64,000 nt of DNA, from positions 14,508,110 through 14,572,109 of the forward strand of contig NC_134030.1 of the NCBI RefSeq assembly GCF_964204645.1. Direction: 5' to 3'. Of this stretch, positions 47,190 to 61,869 are shown in pieces. Under the pieces are notes generated by a model, which was not told where the DNA came from, did no database searches, and worked only from the letters and a program-made list of their open reading frames with translations. Each line of letters starts with the position of its first letter. Within the stretch, counting starts at the first letter, position 1. The DNA comes from Tubulanus polymorphus (Eukaryota > Animalia > Nemertea). Position numbers and translations under genes: made by a program.

Positions 47190-50100
47190 ATGGAAGCAAA
47201 TAAGTACTACTGCCCAACATGTAATATCAATATAGATAAATCCCAAAAAGCAAGACACAGTAAAACTAAAACACATTTAGAGAATAAATTGAAACTAGAA
47301 TATAAAGATGATATATTAGAATCTAAATTAGATGAATTAAAGAATGAAAAAGAAACATACAAATGTGATACATGTAATCAATCATTCAGTGATAAAAGAT
47401 ATTATAATGAACATTTAAAATCTAAAAGTCATATTAGAAATAAGAATAATGATATTTTAGGTGAAGATTATTTTGATGAAGATAATGATAAGAAACAGAA
47501 GACAATTAAAAGCATAAAAAATAAATTAAACAATAAAAGACCATACATGGAAGATGTAAGAAATTATATTAATTCATTAGATAATAAAAAAGATATAGAG
47601 ATAACCGAAGCATTTAAAAGTGATATTGGTCCAGCAGCTATCGAGTTTAAATTTCATAAAGGAAAAACATTAGAAGAAAATAAAAAACATTTAGAAAATA
47701 TGAAAGAAATAATAAAAATAATAACTGATGTTGAATACCCTAAAATAAGTATATCTTCTAAAGTTAAATTCATAAAATCTGAAGATAAACCAATATATAA
47801 TATAAATTCTCATTCACAACATATTATATCTAAACAACATATAGATGATAAATTAGATAAATGTTATAATGAAGTAAAAACTAAAATAGAAGAGAAATAT
47901 TTTGAAGGATCTGGTTTAATATTTGATGAAATAATATTTATGACTTTACATGTTTATAACACAAAATATAATAAGTTAACTAAATCAAAACCAATTGATG
48001 AAAATAATGTATCATATCATAAAGAACCAGATATTGAAGCATCGAGTTATATTAAACTACCATTTAAAACTAATGCTGTTATAAATGTACAAAATGAAGA
48101 TGATAAATGTTTTCTATGGGCTATAATAAGTTGTTTACATCCAACAGAAGATATTACACATAGTTTTAGATTAACTCATTATAAACCATTTGAAAATAAT
48201 TATAAGATAGATAAGTATCCTGTTATAATTAAAAACATCCCAAAAATAGAAAGAGATAATAATTTAAGAATAAATGTATTTGATTTAATCAAATTACCAA
48301 ATACAAAAGGTAACAATATAAAACATTATACATTAGAACCTTTATATCTATCAAAAGATTATAATTCAAACGATGTTATAGATATACTATATTATGAGAA
48401 TCATTATATGTGGATTAAACAAATAGATTTATTCTTTAGAACAGAAAGTGATCACCATAATAAAATATTTATTCATCAAACAGTTATGCCATAAAATAGA
48501 AGAAATTAATAATGAAATAGAAAGATTAAATTCAAATAGATCAAAAGATAAAATACCAACTTATAAATTTAGAATGTTAGCTAAAACATCTGAGAATTAT
48601 ATATCATTCCAATTTGGTTGCCTAAGATTTATAGATTCATATAGATTTTTAAATAGTTCATTGGATAACTTATCAAAATCATTAGTTGATGATGAATTAA
48701 AGATATTAAAGCAACACTACCCAAATAATGATGATTTCCAATTAATTAGATATAAAGGAGCAATTCCATATTCATTTTATAAATCACATAATGATTTCAA
48801 TATAACTGAATTATTAAAAGAACAATTCTATGATGAATTAAAAAATGAATATGTTAAAGATGAAGTATATAATAGAACATTGAATATTTGGAATCATTTC
48901 AAAATAGAAAATCATGGGCAATTAGTAGATATATATTTAAAATCAGATGTATTATTGTTAACTGATATATTCGAAAGGTTTAGAGATGTAAACCTAAAAT
49001 ATTTTAACATTGATCCTTGTCATTGTTATTCAAGTCCAGGTTTAACATGGGATTGTGGATTAAAATTTACAAATATAAAGATGGATTTGTTAACAAATAT
49101 AGATCAATTACTATTATTTGAAAAATCTATAAGAGGAGGTGTTTCAGGTGTATTAGGGGATAGATATTTCAATGTAAATGATAACCCCGGATATAAGTTA
49201 TTATATATAGATGCAAATAATTTGTATGGTTGGGCAATGATGGAACCACAACCTTATGGAGTATTTGAATTAACTGAAGTTTTACAGAATGAAAATAATG
49301 ATAAATTTGATTGGAAGAAAAGAATTCTAGATATTGCAGATGATTCAGATACTGGTTACTTCTTTGTTGTAGATTTAGAATATCCTGAAGATAAAAAATT
49401 TAAATCTAGAAATCTAGCTAACTGTCCCGAACATAAAACTGTAACACATGAAGAATTATCAAATTACCAAAAAAGAATTAAACCTGAAAATCATATTCAT
49501 ACAGAAAAGTTAATGGTAACTCAAGAAGATAAATATAATTATGTAGTACATAATAGAATGTTAAAGTTTTATCTAAAACAAGGAATGATCCTATAAAAGT
49601 ACATAGATATATTTCATTTAGTCAATCTAAGTGGTTAGAAAAATATATAGATTTTAACACCAAACAGAGAACTGAAGCTAAAACTGATTTCGAGAAAGAT
49701 TTCTTCAAGTTAATGAATAATGCATTCTATGGTAAGACTTGTGAAAATATTAGAAATAGAAATGATATTGAGTTAGTTAGTAATGGTAAAAGAATTAGAC
49801 ATTTACAAACATATCCTAAGTTCATTGGTAACAGAATATTTGATGAAAATTTAGCTGCAGTTAAAATGAGAAGAACATCAATGAAATTTAATAAACCAAT
49901 CTATGTTGGAGCTTCAGTTTTAGAATTATCAAAATTACTAATGTATGAATTCTATTATAATGTATTACAACCAATTTTTGGAGAAAAACATATAGAAATA
50001 TTATATTTTGATACTGACAGTTACATATTAAAGATAAAAACTGATAACATAACTGATGATTTAAAAACACTAAGACATCATTTTGATTTTAGTAACTATC

Positions 50101-50543
50101 CTAAAGATCATGAATTGTTTAGCAATGATAATAAAAAAGTTCCCGGTAAATTCAAAGATGAATTAGGTGGTGAAGAAATGATAGAGTTCATAGGTATTAG
50201 ATCTAAAATGTATTCATATAAAACTAAAGAACATGAAGCTAAAAAGTTAAAAGGAATAACCAAAAGTGTATTAGAAAAGAAGATTCATTTCAAAGATTAC
50301 ATCAATTGTATATTCAATGAAGAAGTTAGAAAACATAAGATGAGATGTTTAAGATCTGAAGATCATGAAATGTTTATTGAAGAAATTGAAAAGATAAGTC
50401 TAAACCCATTTGATGATAAAAGATATATTCTGGATGATGGAATTCATACAGTTGCTTATGGTTGCAATTTAGATGAATACTTAAAATTTAAAAGAGAAGA
50501 AACAAAAGAGAACGAGATAATGAAAAGAATTCTAACGTGTTAA
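47190..50543 (+). pseudogene. pPolB: Protein-primed DNA polymerase B with an internal deletion (near 48465) and a frameshift (near 49596)
   Basis: YLKSDVLLL, YIDANNLYGWAM, MNNAFYGKT, YFDTDS; ExoI/II region missing relative to copy A. Confidence 0.96.
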
Positions 50544-50572
50544 TCAAATTTTTATAAAAATATGTATAATAA

Positions 50573-50926
50573 ATGGAGAGTAAACAAACACACAGTGAGA
50601 ACAACAAATTATTTCTAGATAGAATTAAAGATATCACAAATGTAAAATCTGTAGATTATAAATTCAAAAAGTTAACAGAATTAACAATCCATAAGAAATA
50701 TCTAATTACAAATATTGATACAGTTACTAATAACTATGGAGATAAATTAGTTATACACTTAGAATATGAAGGATTAAAAGGAAATACATATAAATTCAGA
50801 ACATATTTACCGGATAGATTTCATAGATTATCAAGTGAAGATCTAGAAGAATTATGTTCTGGTGATTTCTATTTCGTATACAAAGGTAAGAATGAAAAAG
50901 GGCACCATGAAATAGATTTCGAATAA
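50573..50926 (+). CDS. 117-aa conserved Polinton protein
   Basis: Homolog of 27607-27960. Confidence 0.7.
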   Translation: MESKQTHSENNKLFLDRIKDITNVKSVDYKFKKLTELTIHKKYLITNIDTVTNNYGDKLVIHLEYEGLKGNTYKFRTYLPDRFHRLSSEDLEELCSGDFYFVYKGKNEKGHHEIDFE

Positions 50927-50943
50927 GAAAATATGTAAAATAA

Positions 50944-51697
50944 ATGGTAGAATTAAAAGAATACAGAATATTTGTTGATTCTAGAAAACTTACAAATTAT
51001 AAATCTCATAATTTACTAGTACAATTAGATAGAGAATTTAAGAATTGTGTAGATTTAAAATTAGTAAATATAAGTTTATGTAATTCTTTTTACAATATAA
51101 CGGATAAAACTATTGAAGATAATACTTTTTTAATTCATATTGGAAATGTAAATAAATGGTTTCATATGATTTTAAAACCAGGATTATATAATTTAGAAAC
51201 ATTAGCTCAAGAAATTAATAGAAGAGCACGGTTGAAAATTAGAAGAGAAGATAAATTTTTAATTAGATTTATAAAAAGTGATAGCACAAATAAAATTAAA
51301 ATAAAGGTATATGATGAAAGTCAACATGCATTTATGGTAAAAAAACCTATAGCTAAACTGTTAGGAATTGCACCAGATACTGTTACAGGAAACGTAGATG
51401 GTTATTCAAATATAATACCTTTTACACACTTTTATATTTATTGCAATTTAATCGAGCCTACAAAAACATTCGAAGCAACTAAAGATACAATTTGTAATTC
51501 TAGTATATTAAATACCATTAAAAAATGTTAAACAATTTGGAACGCAAATAAATTATAATTTAACAGAATGTGATTTTAAACCTTGCATTCCTAAATTTAA
51601 TAATTTTAAATTAGAAATAAGAAATCACAATGGATATTTAATTGATTTGAATAACTTTCCTGTAATTTATGAATTAGTTATAAGATGTAGAGAGTAA
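50944..51697 (+). pseudogene. Minor capsid protein, frameshifted near 51515
   Basis: Homolog of 27978-28736. Confidence 0.8.
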
Positions 51698-51991
51698 TTT
51701 TTTTCACTATATAAATGAATATAACTGTTGGGCCGAGCATATGTTTTCGATTTGATTTTAAACGTGAGAAAGAAATGAAATAAAGATTATAAGAAGATTA
51801 TAATGAAGATTACTAATTTAATTAGAGAATCTTTAAGATTTTGTGAATTAGATGAAGATTTTATCATCGATGATATTAAAAAAATAATAATTGAAATATA
51901 TACAAATGAAAGTAGTAATGAAATAAATGTTGAATTAATCGTAAATAAGTTAACTAAATATTTTGATGATAGTAATTTTTTTGATAAATAA

Positions 51992-52213
51992 ATGAGTGAT
52001 AATAAGTGGATAATAACTGGATTATATAATGGCGCATTACTATCAGTTGGAACTTTTGGTTATTCAATGGTATTACAAAAAGTATTTAAAATGGGAAGTG
52101 TTAATGTTGATAGATTTGATATAAATGATATTTTAAAATTAACATTAGCAGTTACTTTATCTAATTTAACTATTGATTACTTAGAAAACCAAAAATATAT
52201 TCCTCCCATATAA
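51992..52213 (+). CDS. 73-aa hydrophobic protein
   Basis: Homolog of 29110-29331. Confidence 0.8.
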   Translation: MSDNKWIITGLYNGALLSVGTFGYSMVLQKVFKMGSVNVDRFDINDILKLTLAVTLSNLTIDYLENQKYIPPI

Positions 52214-52237
52214 ATGCATAATTATTTTACTAAATAA

Positions 52238-52659
52238 ATGGCTTCTGCAGTTATAACTATTATAGGATCGGCAATTGTTAACGCTTTAGCATTTACTGGT
52301 GGCGGTTATTTATTTAAGCATATTGATAAAAATGGATCATTAACAGAAAAAAAAGACATAACTTAGCATTAGAGAAATATAATAAAGCAGCGGAAGAATA
52401 AAGAGAAAAAAGACAAAACTATATGGATTACATCAATAAAGAATTATATGATCAGAAGATTTCACATAGAGATTTTCAATCAGTTGATGATGCAATGAGT
52501 TTATATAACGCGGTAACCAATAAAGAAAAATTACATCTATACAAACCTAAATTATCAGATTATTATACCCCAAGTAAAGAACAACAGAAATATGAAATAA
52601 TTTGGATTTTAGGTGGAACAGTTATTGTTATATTTGTGGCGTATAAGTTTACTAATTAG
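52238..52659 (+). pseudogene. 140-aa membrane protein homolog, disrupted
   Basis: Homolog of 29357-29779. Confidence 0.78.
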
Positions 52660-52680
52660 TAATTTTTTTTTGCTAAATAA

Positions 52681-53115
52681 ATGGATGATAAAGTTGATAA
52701 TATTGATATTATTCCTCATGATATAAATAAAACTAAATTAAAAACATATTTAGAAAAACAAATATTAGAATTTGAAAGTGACTTAAAGATAAAAAAGAAA
52801 AAATATTTAAAAAGTAAAATTATATATTATTTGATTATAAGTGGTTCGGTTACAATAAGTTCTGTAATAACATTTCTAGCAATATTCAGTCCATTAATAC
52901 CTTTAGCTATATCAATTGGTGTATTAGGATTAAGTTCAAGTGTATTAACTGGTATAAGTTCAAAATTAAATATAAAAAGTAATAAAGAAAAAATTAAAAC
53001 TAATATAAAAGAAATTAATAAATTAAAGAATACACTAGATTATATAATAAGTTTAAATGGTCATATAACAGTTGAAGAACAAGATAAATTATTAAAAGAA
53101 TTAATAAATTATTAA
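52681..53115 (+). CDS. 144-aa two-TM protein
   Basis: Homolog of 29802-30236. Confidence 0.8.
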   Translation: MDDKVDNIDIIPHDINKTKLKTYLEKQILEFESDLKIKKKKYLKSKIIYYLIISGSVTISSVITFLAIFSPLIPLAISIGVLGLSSSVLTGISSKLNIKSNKEKIKTNIKEINKLKNTLDYIISLNGHITVEEQDKLLKELINY

Positions 53116-53131
53116 TTTTTTAGTTATATAA

Positions 53132-54324
53132 ATGGCAGATAGTTTTCCAAAAGCTTTCCAATATAATAAATCAATTAAATATAATATTCCAGCAATAGAT
53201 TTTAATAAAGATATTACATATAGAAATGAAGTTTTAAATTCATTAATTGATTTATATATTTATGTTACTGAAAGTAATAATTTTCATGTAAAGATGGAAA
53301 ATATATTTCATGTGTATACAATTAATTTCAAAAATGATCATGGAATGATCATTTAAACAAACCAAGCTTACCATTGATGTTATCACTTTTTAGATTTCAT
53401 ACATATTCTCAAATGAAATTAATATTAGATGAATTAGAATGTCCTTTACCAGGTTCAAAATATTTTAAAGAATTGAATAATAATATTAATTTTTCTAAGT
53501 TTTATAAAATATGTAATGAATTTAATATTAATTCAAATAAAGATTTTAGAGCAAAAATTGGAACAATGGGTGGATTAGGAATATTATATACTAAAGAATT
53601 TGGAAAAATAATGACAAATTCAGATATAACAACACTAAATTGGAATGAATTACCAAAATATTATAATAATATACAACAACAAAACAATAATGGTTGGGTT
53701 AATTTCATTTTAGAAAATAGTGAAGGTTTTACTAACGCTGGAATACAAAGAATGAATCAATCTATTAGAACTTATTTAATTTGTATTTTAGGTGCGCAAG
53801 TTGAAACAATATCCCTAATAATTGGAAATGATAACACTTCATTCGATGCGCAGAAACAATTTAAAGTATTATTTGAAGATTCAATTCATAATGATAAAAA
53901 TAGATCGATTCCAGAAAACATTGTAAGATATCAAAATTATTTAGATAAATCACATATTAGATTAAATTATTGTATAGGCCCTAATCTATTTATTATTTCT
54001 AATGATTTAGTATTAAAGATGGGAAATATAATTGGTTATAATGATCAAATTAAAACTGCAACAATAAATAATTCATTTGGATTAAATGATATAAATAAAA
54101 AGATTATTACTGCTCCAAAATTAATGGAAGGTGAAAAAAATAAAAAACATATTCAATCAACTGAAACTAAAACTAATAATACTAAATTAAATAATGATTC
54201 TAAAATAAAAGATTACAATACTACAGAAAATATAAAAACTGATAATATTCAACATCATATAATTAAACTAAATGATGATGATAAATCCCATGAAAATACT
54301 AAATTAGCTGTAACTTGTATAGGA
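53132..54324 (+). pseudogene. Homolog of 30253-31627 with an internal deletion and 3' truncation
   Basis: Shared FRFHTY, NQSIRTYLICILGAQVET; WQNQLNF segment deleted. Confidence 0.78.
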
Positions 54325-57300
54325 TACTTGTATTTATGTATGGTTTAAGTAGGTAACTTATATGGTTCTCCAGGAGCGCCACCTACATTTTGCTGGAAAT
54401 GCATTTTCATTGATAGCTACTAAGCGGATAAAGGGGTCTCTATGAAAATTGGTATACATGTACCTGGATATAAGATACAACGAATCCCTAACATAATTAG
54501 TTCCTATTCTAACCACTAGGGGGCGTTAATGTTGAAAACTCATTCTAGCATCAGTTTTTTCGATTGTAATTCAGTAGTATGCTAACCGGCAAATTACCGG
54601 CCACTTGAACATGGTATAAGTACCGTATCTTCGTTATTCTCGGTGTCATATCCCCTAACCTTGATACATTAGAACTTTTCGCGTAGTATCCCATGTGAAT
54701 CAACATAGCCATGTTATCAGCTGACCCCTAGGTGGCGCTCCTCATCCAGCAAGGCAGAAACCCGTTTTCGCTGCTTTGCAGCTATATTTATTATCATTAT
54801 TATTTTTTTTTCCACACTTTTTTTGTCAAAACTACATAGGCTTTTTTACATTACCGCTGTTGCCGATACAATCCGTCTGATATCATTCAGCTCACTTCAA
54901 TCTACAAATACTCCATGCGAATTTTGAAGAATCAACGTTAAAAAAGCACTGTCGGGCCGTAAACATCGAAAATTGAGGCCCATTCAAAGAGCCGACATGT
55001 TTTTCTAAGTCTACCGCACGTTTCTTGTCACGTCGATTATCAATTTAAGCATAAATTAACAAATTTATTACCCAAAGATTGCACATTCTGTCGCGGTTTT
55101 TAAAAACTAATTTTAACAATAGCCCAATTTCCTCATCAAATCATATTACCGATACACAGGAAATTTACTACTTTAGATTTTAAAAGCACTGTCGAGCCGT
55201 AAACATCGACAAATCGACGTGTGTCACTACATCGTCGTTCCGGGGATCAGCTGCGAGTTTCTCCTCATCATGAGAATCAAATCGAGTACAAATTAATATA
55301 TAACTACCAGTGATTTGGCTGCGGGCGTCAAGCAGTTAGTTTAGCTATACCTATTTTTCTTAACCAAATTAACCGTGTATTTACTAAGATAAATCATAAG
55401 TGTACCGGGGAGTCGTAGGCCTAAACTAAACACGCCGAAGAGATATAGCGGAGAAAAGCTGTTATGTCGACGAGGTATCAAAATAAAAAAAATATATCAC
55501 TTTATTCGGCCGCGGGCTTCAACCTCTATATCAATACCATCAATACTCTATATTCCCTACAGTTCCCTGCACAAGGTATTTACTAAATACAAGTATATAA
55601 CACACTCCTTTCCGTATGCTGGAGTCACACTTGAAATTTGGAGTAAGCGTTCGCTGTGGGGGAAAGGAGATCGTTCGCTTTGTCACTTGAAGTGTCTATC
55701 GAGTTTGACGCGGCTTTAGGCCTACCGGTACTGAGCTTTACTGTCTCAAACAAACCATTATGAGAATGCCGGTTTGCTAGCGTATCTATTTAACACCCGT
55801 ATTGCTCGGGTGACTTTTACTACCAACGGGTGGCGCTGTGTGTAAATTTCACATAAATCAACGACTTTCGGCTATTAGCGGTACTTAAGACCACTTGAAA
55901 ACATCGTAGTCAATTACGGTAGTAGTGAAAATAAAAAGTTACAGTTCGGTGTACAGCACCATAGCACCCATATAATACCACATACATTTTATTCAGACTA
56001 AGGACTTAGTTAACACTGATCTTCATTTCCATTAATTAATGATCTGTTGAATTAATTAGTAATTCAGTCTTTCGGTGGTTCGAGATAAAATGCCCGCAAA
56101 ATAACTAACGAACCAGGGCTGACCACAAATTGCCCAACAGATAAATTTTCCGAAACGACACAATAATGTTTAGTATCAAATCACTCGTGGCGTGGACCTT
56201 GGTCTATCAACTGACCAATGCATGACCAGTACTGGCTATATAGTAAATTATCTGTTTTGCAAACAATTAAGTTATTTGGTGTCACAACTTAGTCGTGTCT
56301 CGTATCAAATAATTTCATTCGGTCTGAACGTAAATATAATAACTCTTTTACCTGTACAAGCTACACCAGTACTGTCTAATTACCGGTTAAATGTTTTTAG
56401 AAATAACACGGGGTATTGCCTGAATCCTTCGTCAGTTCTACTCTTATTAAATGTGTCGTTTTAAAAGTCTTGTCCAATTTTTATTGTAGGAAGCGAGCTA
56501 ACTTTGAAATTTCCCACTAAATACAAAAGATTTTCACATCGGGTTTTGAACGAACAACGTTTCGATTTGTAATTGTAACGTGCGCATTTGAGCCTGTAAC
56601 GTGCACATTTCACTAGTGTGAACGTGCGTATCGGTACCATTATGCGAAACTTGTCAAACTTTTGCGTTCAAAACTGTTAAACTGAACACTAAAGGAGATA
56701 TTATATCATATCATATCATATCATATATATGAATATTGAATAGATGGAAGATAATGTAGTAGTTTTGAATGTTTCGTAACTGCTGTCCACTGACCGCAGA
56801 TCATCAAAGTTAATTGCCTCATATGAAATATATATTCGTTATAAGGGATGTAGTAGTTCAGTGAGAATTCAAACTTATGGGTAATTTTAAGTGATCACAA
56901 CGCTGACCAATAGAGAAAGCTGTATCACAACAAAAGTGCGACTTACGTATCTTATTGAAACATTGTAAAATACCGGAGAGTAAATGGGAGAACCCTGAAT
57001 TCGAAACAATTCCACACTCGGATCGTTTACTTTGAAAACACAATTTGCAATTTGTGGACATCCATTATTTTTGCACCAAAAGCATGAGTATATTATCTTT
57101 GCTCGTAAAAATTTGAAATTTTGAGGAAGATTTTTGGCCTCGTTAACCTGTGAACACGTCCTCCATATATTTTCTAAGACCGATCTTGATATAATGCTGA
57201 GAGTTTAGAGAAAATTATGGTAGGATGTAAACTTAGGCCGCTTCGTATCCGTGGAAGGTTGCTAATTATTGATCTTATACACAATAATCATAAATACGTA

Positions 57301-59244
57301 ACATGAGACTCCATAGAATATCGTTTTTCAATCATACGTACACAAATTATTGCGAAATAAAGATAAATAGTACTTTAATATACTTTTTACTTCTTATACT
57401 GAATATTTCTTTAGTAGTATTAATAAAGAGTGGATCAGCAGGCTATCTGAGCCCATTCCACGATTTGAGGTCAGTTGCCAAAAGTTAGTAAGTTTACATA
57501 CCAGTGGATAGTTAACATTTAAAATGACAATTAAAACTTCATTGCTAAAAATAACTTTGTATTCGTAGAATAGTCACACTCAAATGCGGAGAATTGATAA
57601 TACCATAATACGATACGAAAATTCACTGTGTACAAATTCAAAAAGATGATCTCTAGTGAACGATCGAACGTTGTGTCGTTATTTTCTAATGATAAAACTT
57701 GGTTTGAGATTTAAATGTGTACATATTGGATCTTTTTCATATTAACAGTGTATTTGGTCATGTATCATATTGTATAATGGTTAATTTAAACTAACTGGTT
57801 TTAGAGTTGTATCCTTAAATCCTGTAATAGAGGATGTAATCTTTTTGCGGCAAACAGTACAAATAGCTAGAAAAAGCAACGATAGTGCATTGGTAAACTT
57901 AAAGCAAGCGTACATTGGTTGTTTAGGTTTTTCGTTGGGAAATCCATGCGACTTCTCTAAAAACCAGATCCTGAGATTTTGCGACTTTCATTTCGAAAAA
58001 AAAATTTTTTCAAAAAATATTGGGTTCTCAAACTTCTAGACGGTCTAATACGCTTCCCTACACTAAAATATGATGATTCAGCTTGTTTCTGATGATCTAG
58101 CTATTCTGGGGTCGTTAGGGGCCCCCAAAATGTCAACAAAAAAAATTTGACCTACTTTCGGGTCATTCGGGTACCCCTACCCCTAACTGCAGCTTCATAT
58201 TCTCTCTATATATCTCCATTATATCCACTACGTCATGTATAGACACCGTATACCAGCCGCTGTGTCTATTTATAAAGCGTTCAATTTTGCCCTACTTTGT
58301 TTACACAACTTGACCTCAATTCACCGATAATGACTTTCGTGACCTACATAGATTTTATTCATACACCTGCCAGCGAACTCGAACACAAACAAGTCCCTGG
58401 GGTTGCCAGGACTACCAGGCATACATACAAGCCGTATAAGCTTTATACATTGCCATTTAGACAGTAAGGGGATAAGTAGGTCAAACACCTGTGACGTGGC
58501 GCCACACCGCGCAAAAACAAAGCGTTCTGGAGACTGTGTCGTCCGATCACAGTTAGCATGGAAAGAGTTGTTTAATCATTATTGAAATATCCGAGGCGAG
58601 CTTTCCCAGGAATTTACAAAGTTGAGCTTTACACAAGGAATTTTTTTGTAGTCCGATATCCGTGATTACCTCTGGCTTGGAGAGATACAATCTAAAACCA
58701 ACCGTCGAGTCAAATATTTTACCACAATTTTCTATGATTAGTAAAAAGATTAAGTAATAGACATAGGCATGCAAACAGTAATATCTGAAGTCCAGTCCAT
58801 TTCAAACTCATTCATCTTTACACAAACTCCAACTTGTTGAACAGTTCAAAATCGCGTGGCTTGAATTATTACGATAACTAAAATCAGGGACCACGATACT
58901 TGCTCATCTACACTGGCTTCCAATTTAACAAAGGATTGAATTTGAGTGTTTGATGTTGTAACAATAGGCCTACCATACTGAATTACGGATTCACTTTCTA
59001 CTTTTTGATTGAACATTTATATCACATATTGGGTCATTTCATTTTTACCAGTATAGGCCTAATTGGAAGAACCTATCCGTATATCATGTTTAATTTTATA
59101 TAATCTGACTTTTGAGATGTCATTCAATCAATGCATTCATATGCGGTCGTCGCTTTCAAAAGCCACCACGGACTGACTCCTTAGCGATACCTTGGCGGAC
59201 GATCCCACACGTTTCTTGCTCCAGCCCTAGAATGCTCAATTATA

Positions 59245-59651
59245 AGGCGCTTTTACGAAATTGAATCTGATTCGGTTTAGCTAAATCCGATTCGATGTTG
59301 GAAAACGTAATGATTAGTAAATCGAATTGTTTTTCGTAAATGAGTCGAATCAATTTATCAATCTAAAGGGTGCGATTCGAAAGAAAATGGGCGTCAATGG
59401 TGACCGAATTATTGATACATGATGGTCTGCAATAGATGTCTTTAGCCCGCGGTCGAAGAGGACGCCATGTTGGATTTCACTGACTGAATCATCACTAACT
59501 TGCTCGCCGAGCAAGTTAGTCGATTTAATAAATCAATTTACTAAACCGCGTCCATAAACGAGTTGATTTACCAAATCGGATTCACTAGACCGCGTGCCGT
59601 AAACGTGAAACTTAAATCGATTTACAAAGATTCAGTTTCGTAAAAGCGCCT
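59245..59651. mobile_element. MITE with ~24-bp TIRs and 3-bp TSD ATA (PIF/Harbinger-like)
   Basis: ata-AGGCGCTTTTACGAAATTGAATCT ... AGATTCAGTTTCGTAAAAGCGCCT-ata. Confidence 0.7.
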
Positions 59652-61394
59652 ATAGTTGTCATGAACACCCGATTTGAATTCAAATTCAAAAGACTCCTAA
59701 AAACGCACCTGTTTACTCGATTACTGTAAAGCGCCTTTGGGCATTTATATGCAAGAATCAGTGAAATTGGCGCTTTATCAGTGGTATTCATCGTTCAAAC
59801 CATTATTCTCCTTATCCTATGAATTTGGAGACCCATCCTCGCATGAGAATGAATATAATGTGATTTCAATTAAAGATGACACATTGCCTCATATCATTAC
59901 GTTATGTTTTTTAACTGGTGGGCGAGATTATATTCTTATGTTTTTGTTTCTTTGAATGTCGCTATTTAAGAGTTCAATAATAATTTCAGTCAACCAAACA
60001 AAGGATTTTTCTGTATGTTTCGTGTCCTGTTTTTCCATAACCCTAGGACTGCATTTTAGGTATTTTTCGTGGATGACCGAACGCTGCTGTCCCTTTCTAG
60101 TAATTTGATGATATCTGTCGAAGTCTAAATTTTAAAAAGGAATCAGGCATATCTCCTTGTTTGACTAAGTAAGAACTCAACTTTAAGGGACACTCCCTTA
60201 AAGGCGCCGAAGTAAAATCATGTGTCGAGTGGAGATGATATTGTGTCAGAATTTCTTCAAAAGCGGAGAAAATTGAATATTTTGAAAATAATGATTTCAC
60301 ATGTATGTTTGAATCCGTTATAATTGGAGCAATTTTCATAAAAACATATCTATGGAATCAACGAAATGTAATTAAGAAGAATACTATGTTTAAGATGTTA
60401 TCAAAGGCATTTGAAAAAAGTTTTCTGATTTCGTCAACTGTGAAACTAGTGTCAACCAGATGTGTTCCCATTAAACGAACCGACTGCGAGCCGAGTCGAT
60501 GTGAGATGTGACCTACACTGAAAATCTCAAGTGCTACCACTGGTTTTTAGGTGCTTCTGAATGTCTAAAAAACTAAACAATTGCCATTTGGAAAGGGCCT
60601 AGTTAGAGAAAATGCTAGATGTGCATATTGTGTGATATTTCATGTGCGTTTGGAATTTAACCTTTATAACGAAACACACATGTTCTTTTCTATTTTAGAA
60701 GAGCGCATGATAGTGCAATAAAGAACTGACAATGAAAAAGGGGTAACAGGTGACTGATATCGCACCGAATTTCAATTCCTATGAACGCTTTTCATATAGT
60801 GAATTCTGTACAAGAGTTTAAAAAAAAACTTGAAATATTAACGAAACAGTTTTTTGACGGACAAATCGTTACCATCGAATTTTCAAAACTTTTTTAATGC
60901 CTTGGTGACCACTGGTCTAGTACGCGGTTTTCTGAAACAAAAGTGGCCAAGTTTAAAGAACGACAAATGATTACACATATTAGGAGCCTAATGCGTTGAA
61001 TGATTTAATTAATTGGCATCGCGCTGATTGGTTGAAAGACGGTTGTTAGTCATCTTGCCTGTGATTTAATTGTTTTTTTAAGCATAGATTAACCATAGAT
61101 TTAATCTTATCATAACTTATTTGCAGGTGCTTCTCGCAAACATTTTCTATTCGTTTTCAAACGCAGCACTGTTCAGATGATTCGCGTCAAGCTTTGAGTC
61201 AAGTAGTAAAAAAGGTTATGTATTAGCATTACTATGCAGTCAAAATTACGCACTGCGGCAAGTGAGGTGCTGTGATCCAGATGTGTAACCTATTTATGAG
61301 TAATATATTTCCATCATGTCAACGCCATTCAGAAACAGTAGCAAAACATACTGCTGGTCTCTAGAAATAACAATACGACGACAACCACTTTCGA

Positions 61395-61869
61395 ATTCGA
61401 CGATATTCGAGAAGTTTCACTTGGGCAGTGGTGGTCAGTGATGGTCAATTTATGAATTCTAATGGGGAATGCTTTCTAGTTTCACACCAAATGCGGTACC
61501 GGTATATCTTTCTTACATTCGAGAAGTTTCAATTGGTCAGTGGTGGTCAGTGATGGTCAATTCATGAATTTTCAATGGCGAATCCTTTCTAGTTTGACAC
61601 CATAACGCGGTATATCGTTCTCATATTCGAGAAGTTTGAATTGGTCAGTGGTGGTCAGTGATGGTCAATTTATGAATTCTCAATATTTATGGCGAATCCT
61701 TTCTAGTTTGACACCATAACTCGGTATATCGTTCTCATATTCGAGAAGTTTGAATTGGTCAGTGGTGGTCAGTGATGGTCAATTTATGAATTCTCAATAT
61801 TTATGGCGAATCCTTTCTAGTTTGACACCATAACGCGGTATATCGAACTCATATTCGAGAAGTTTGAAT
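61395..61869. repeat. ~110-117-bp minisatellite (continues at 63628-63700)
   Basis: TTCGAGAAGTTT..TTGGTCAGTGGTGGTCAGTGATGGTCAATT recurs 4-5 times. Confidence 0.88.

Larger units (their letters stand above)
46769..54324 (+). mobile_element. Polinton left arm C (190-bp terminal hairpin at 46769-46958), truncated; possibly the inverted left arm of B
   Basis: AGTAATAGGG terminus, collinear with 23750-31590; similarity ends at ...ACTTGTATAGGA. Confidence 0.92.

Noticed and set aside
23351-54324. Prophage or bacterial contig
   Set aside because: rve-chromo integrase, 6-bp TSD, CR1 LINE, MITEs and splice signals indicate a eukaryotic chromosome; no Shine-Dalgarno pattern
54325-61390. Short ORFs (56192, 56858, 57303, 57845, 58403, 58553, 59737, 60097, 60305, 60358)
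   Set aside because: No recognisable motifs, mostly non-ATG starts; host exons may exist but cannot be supported
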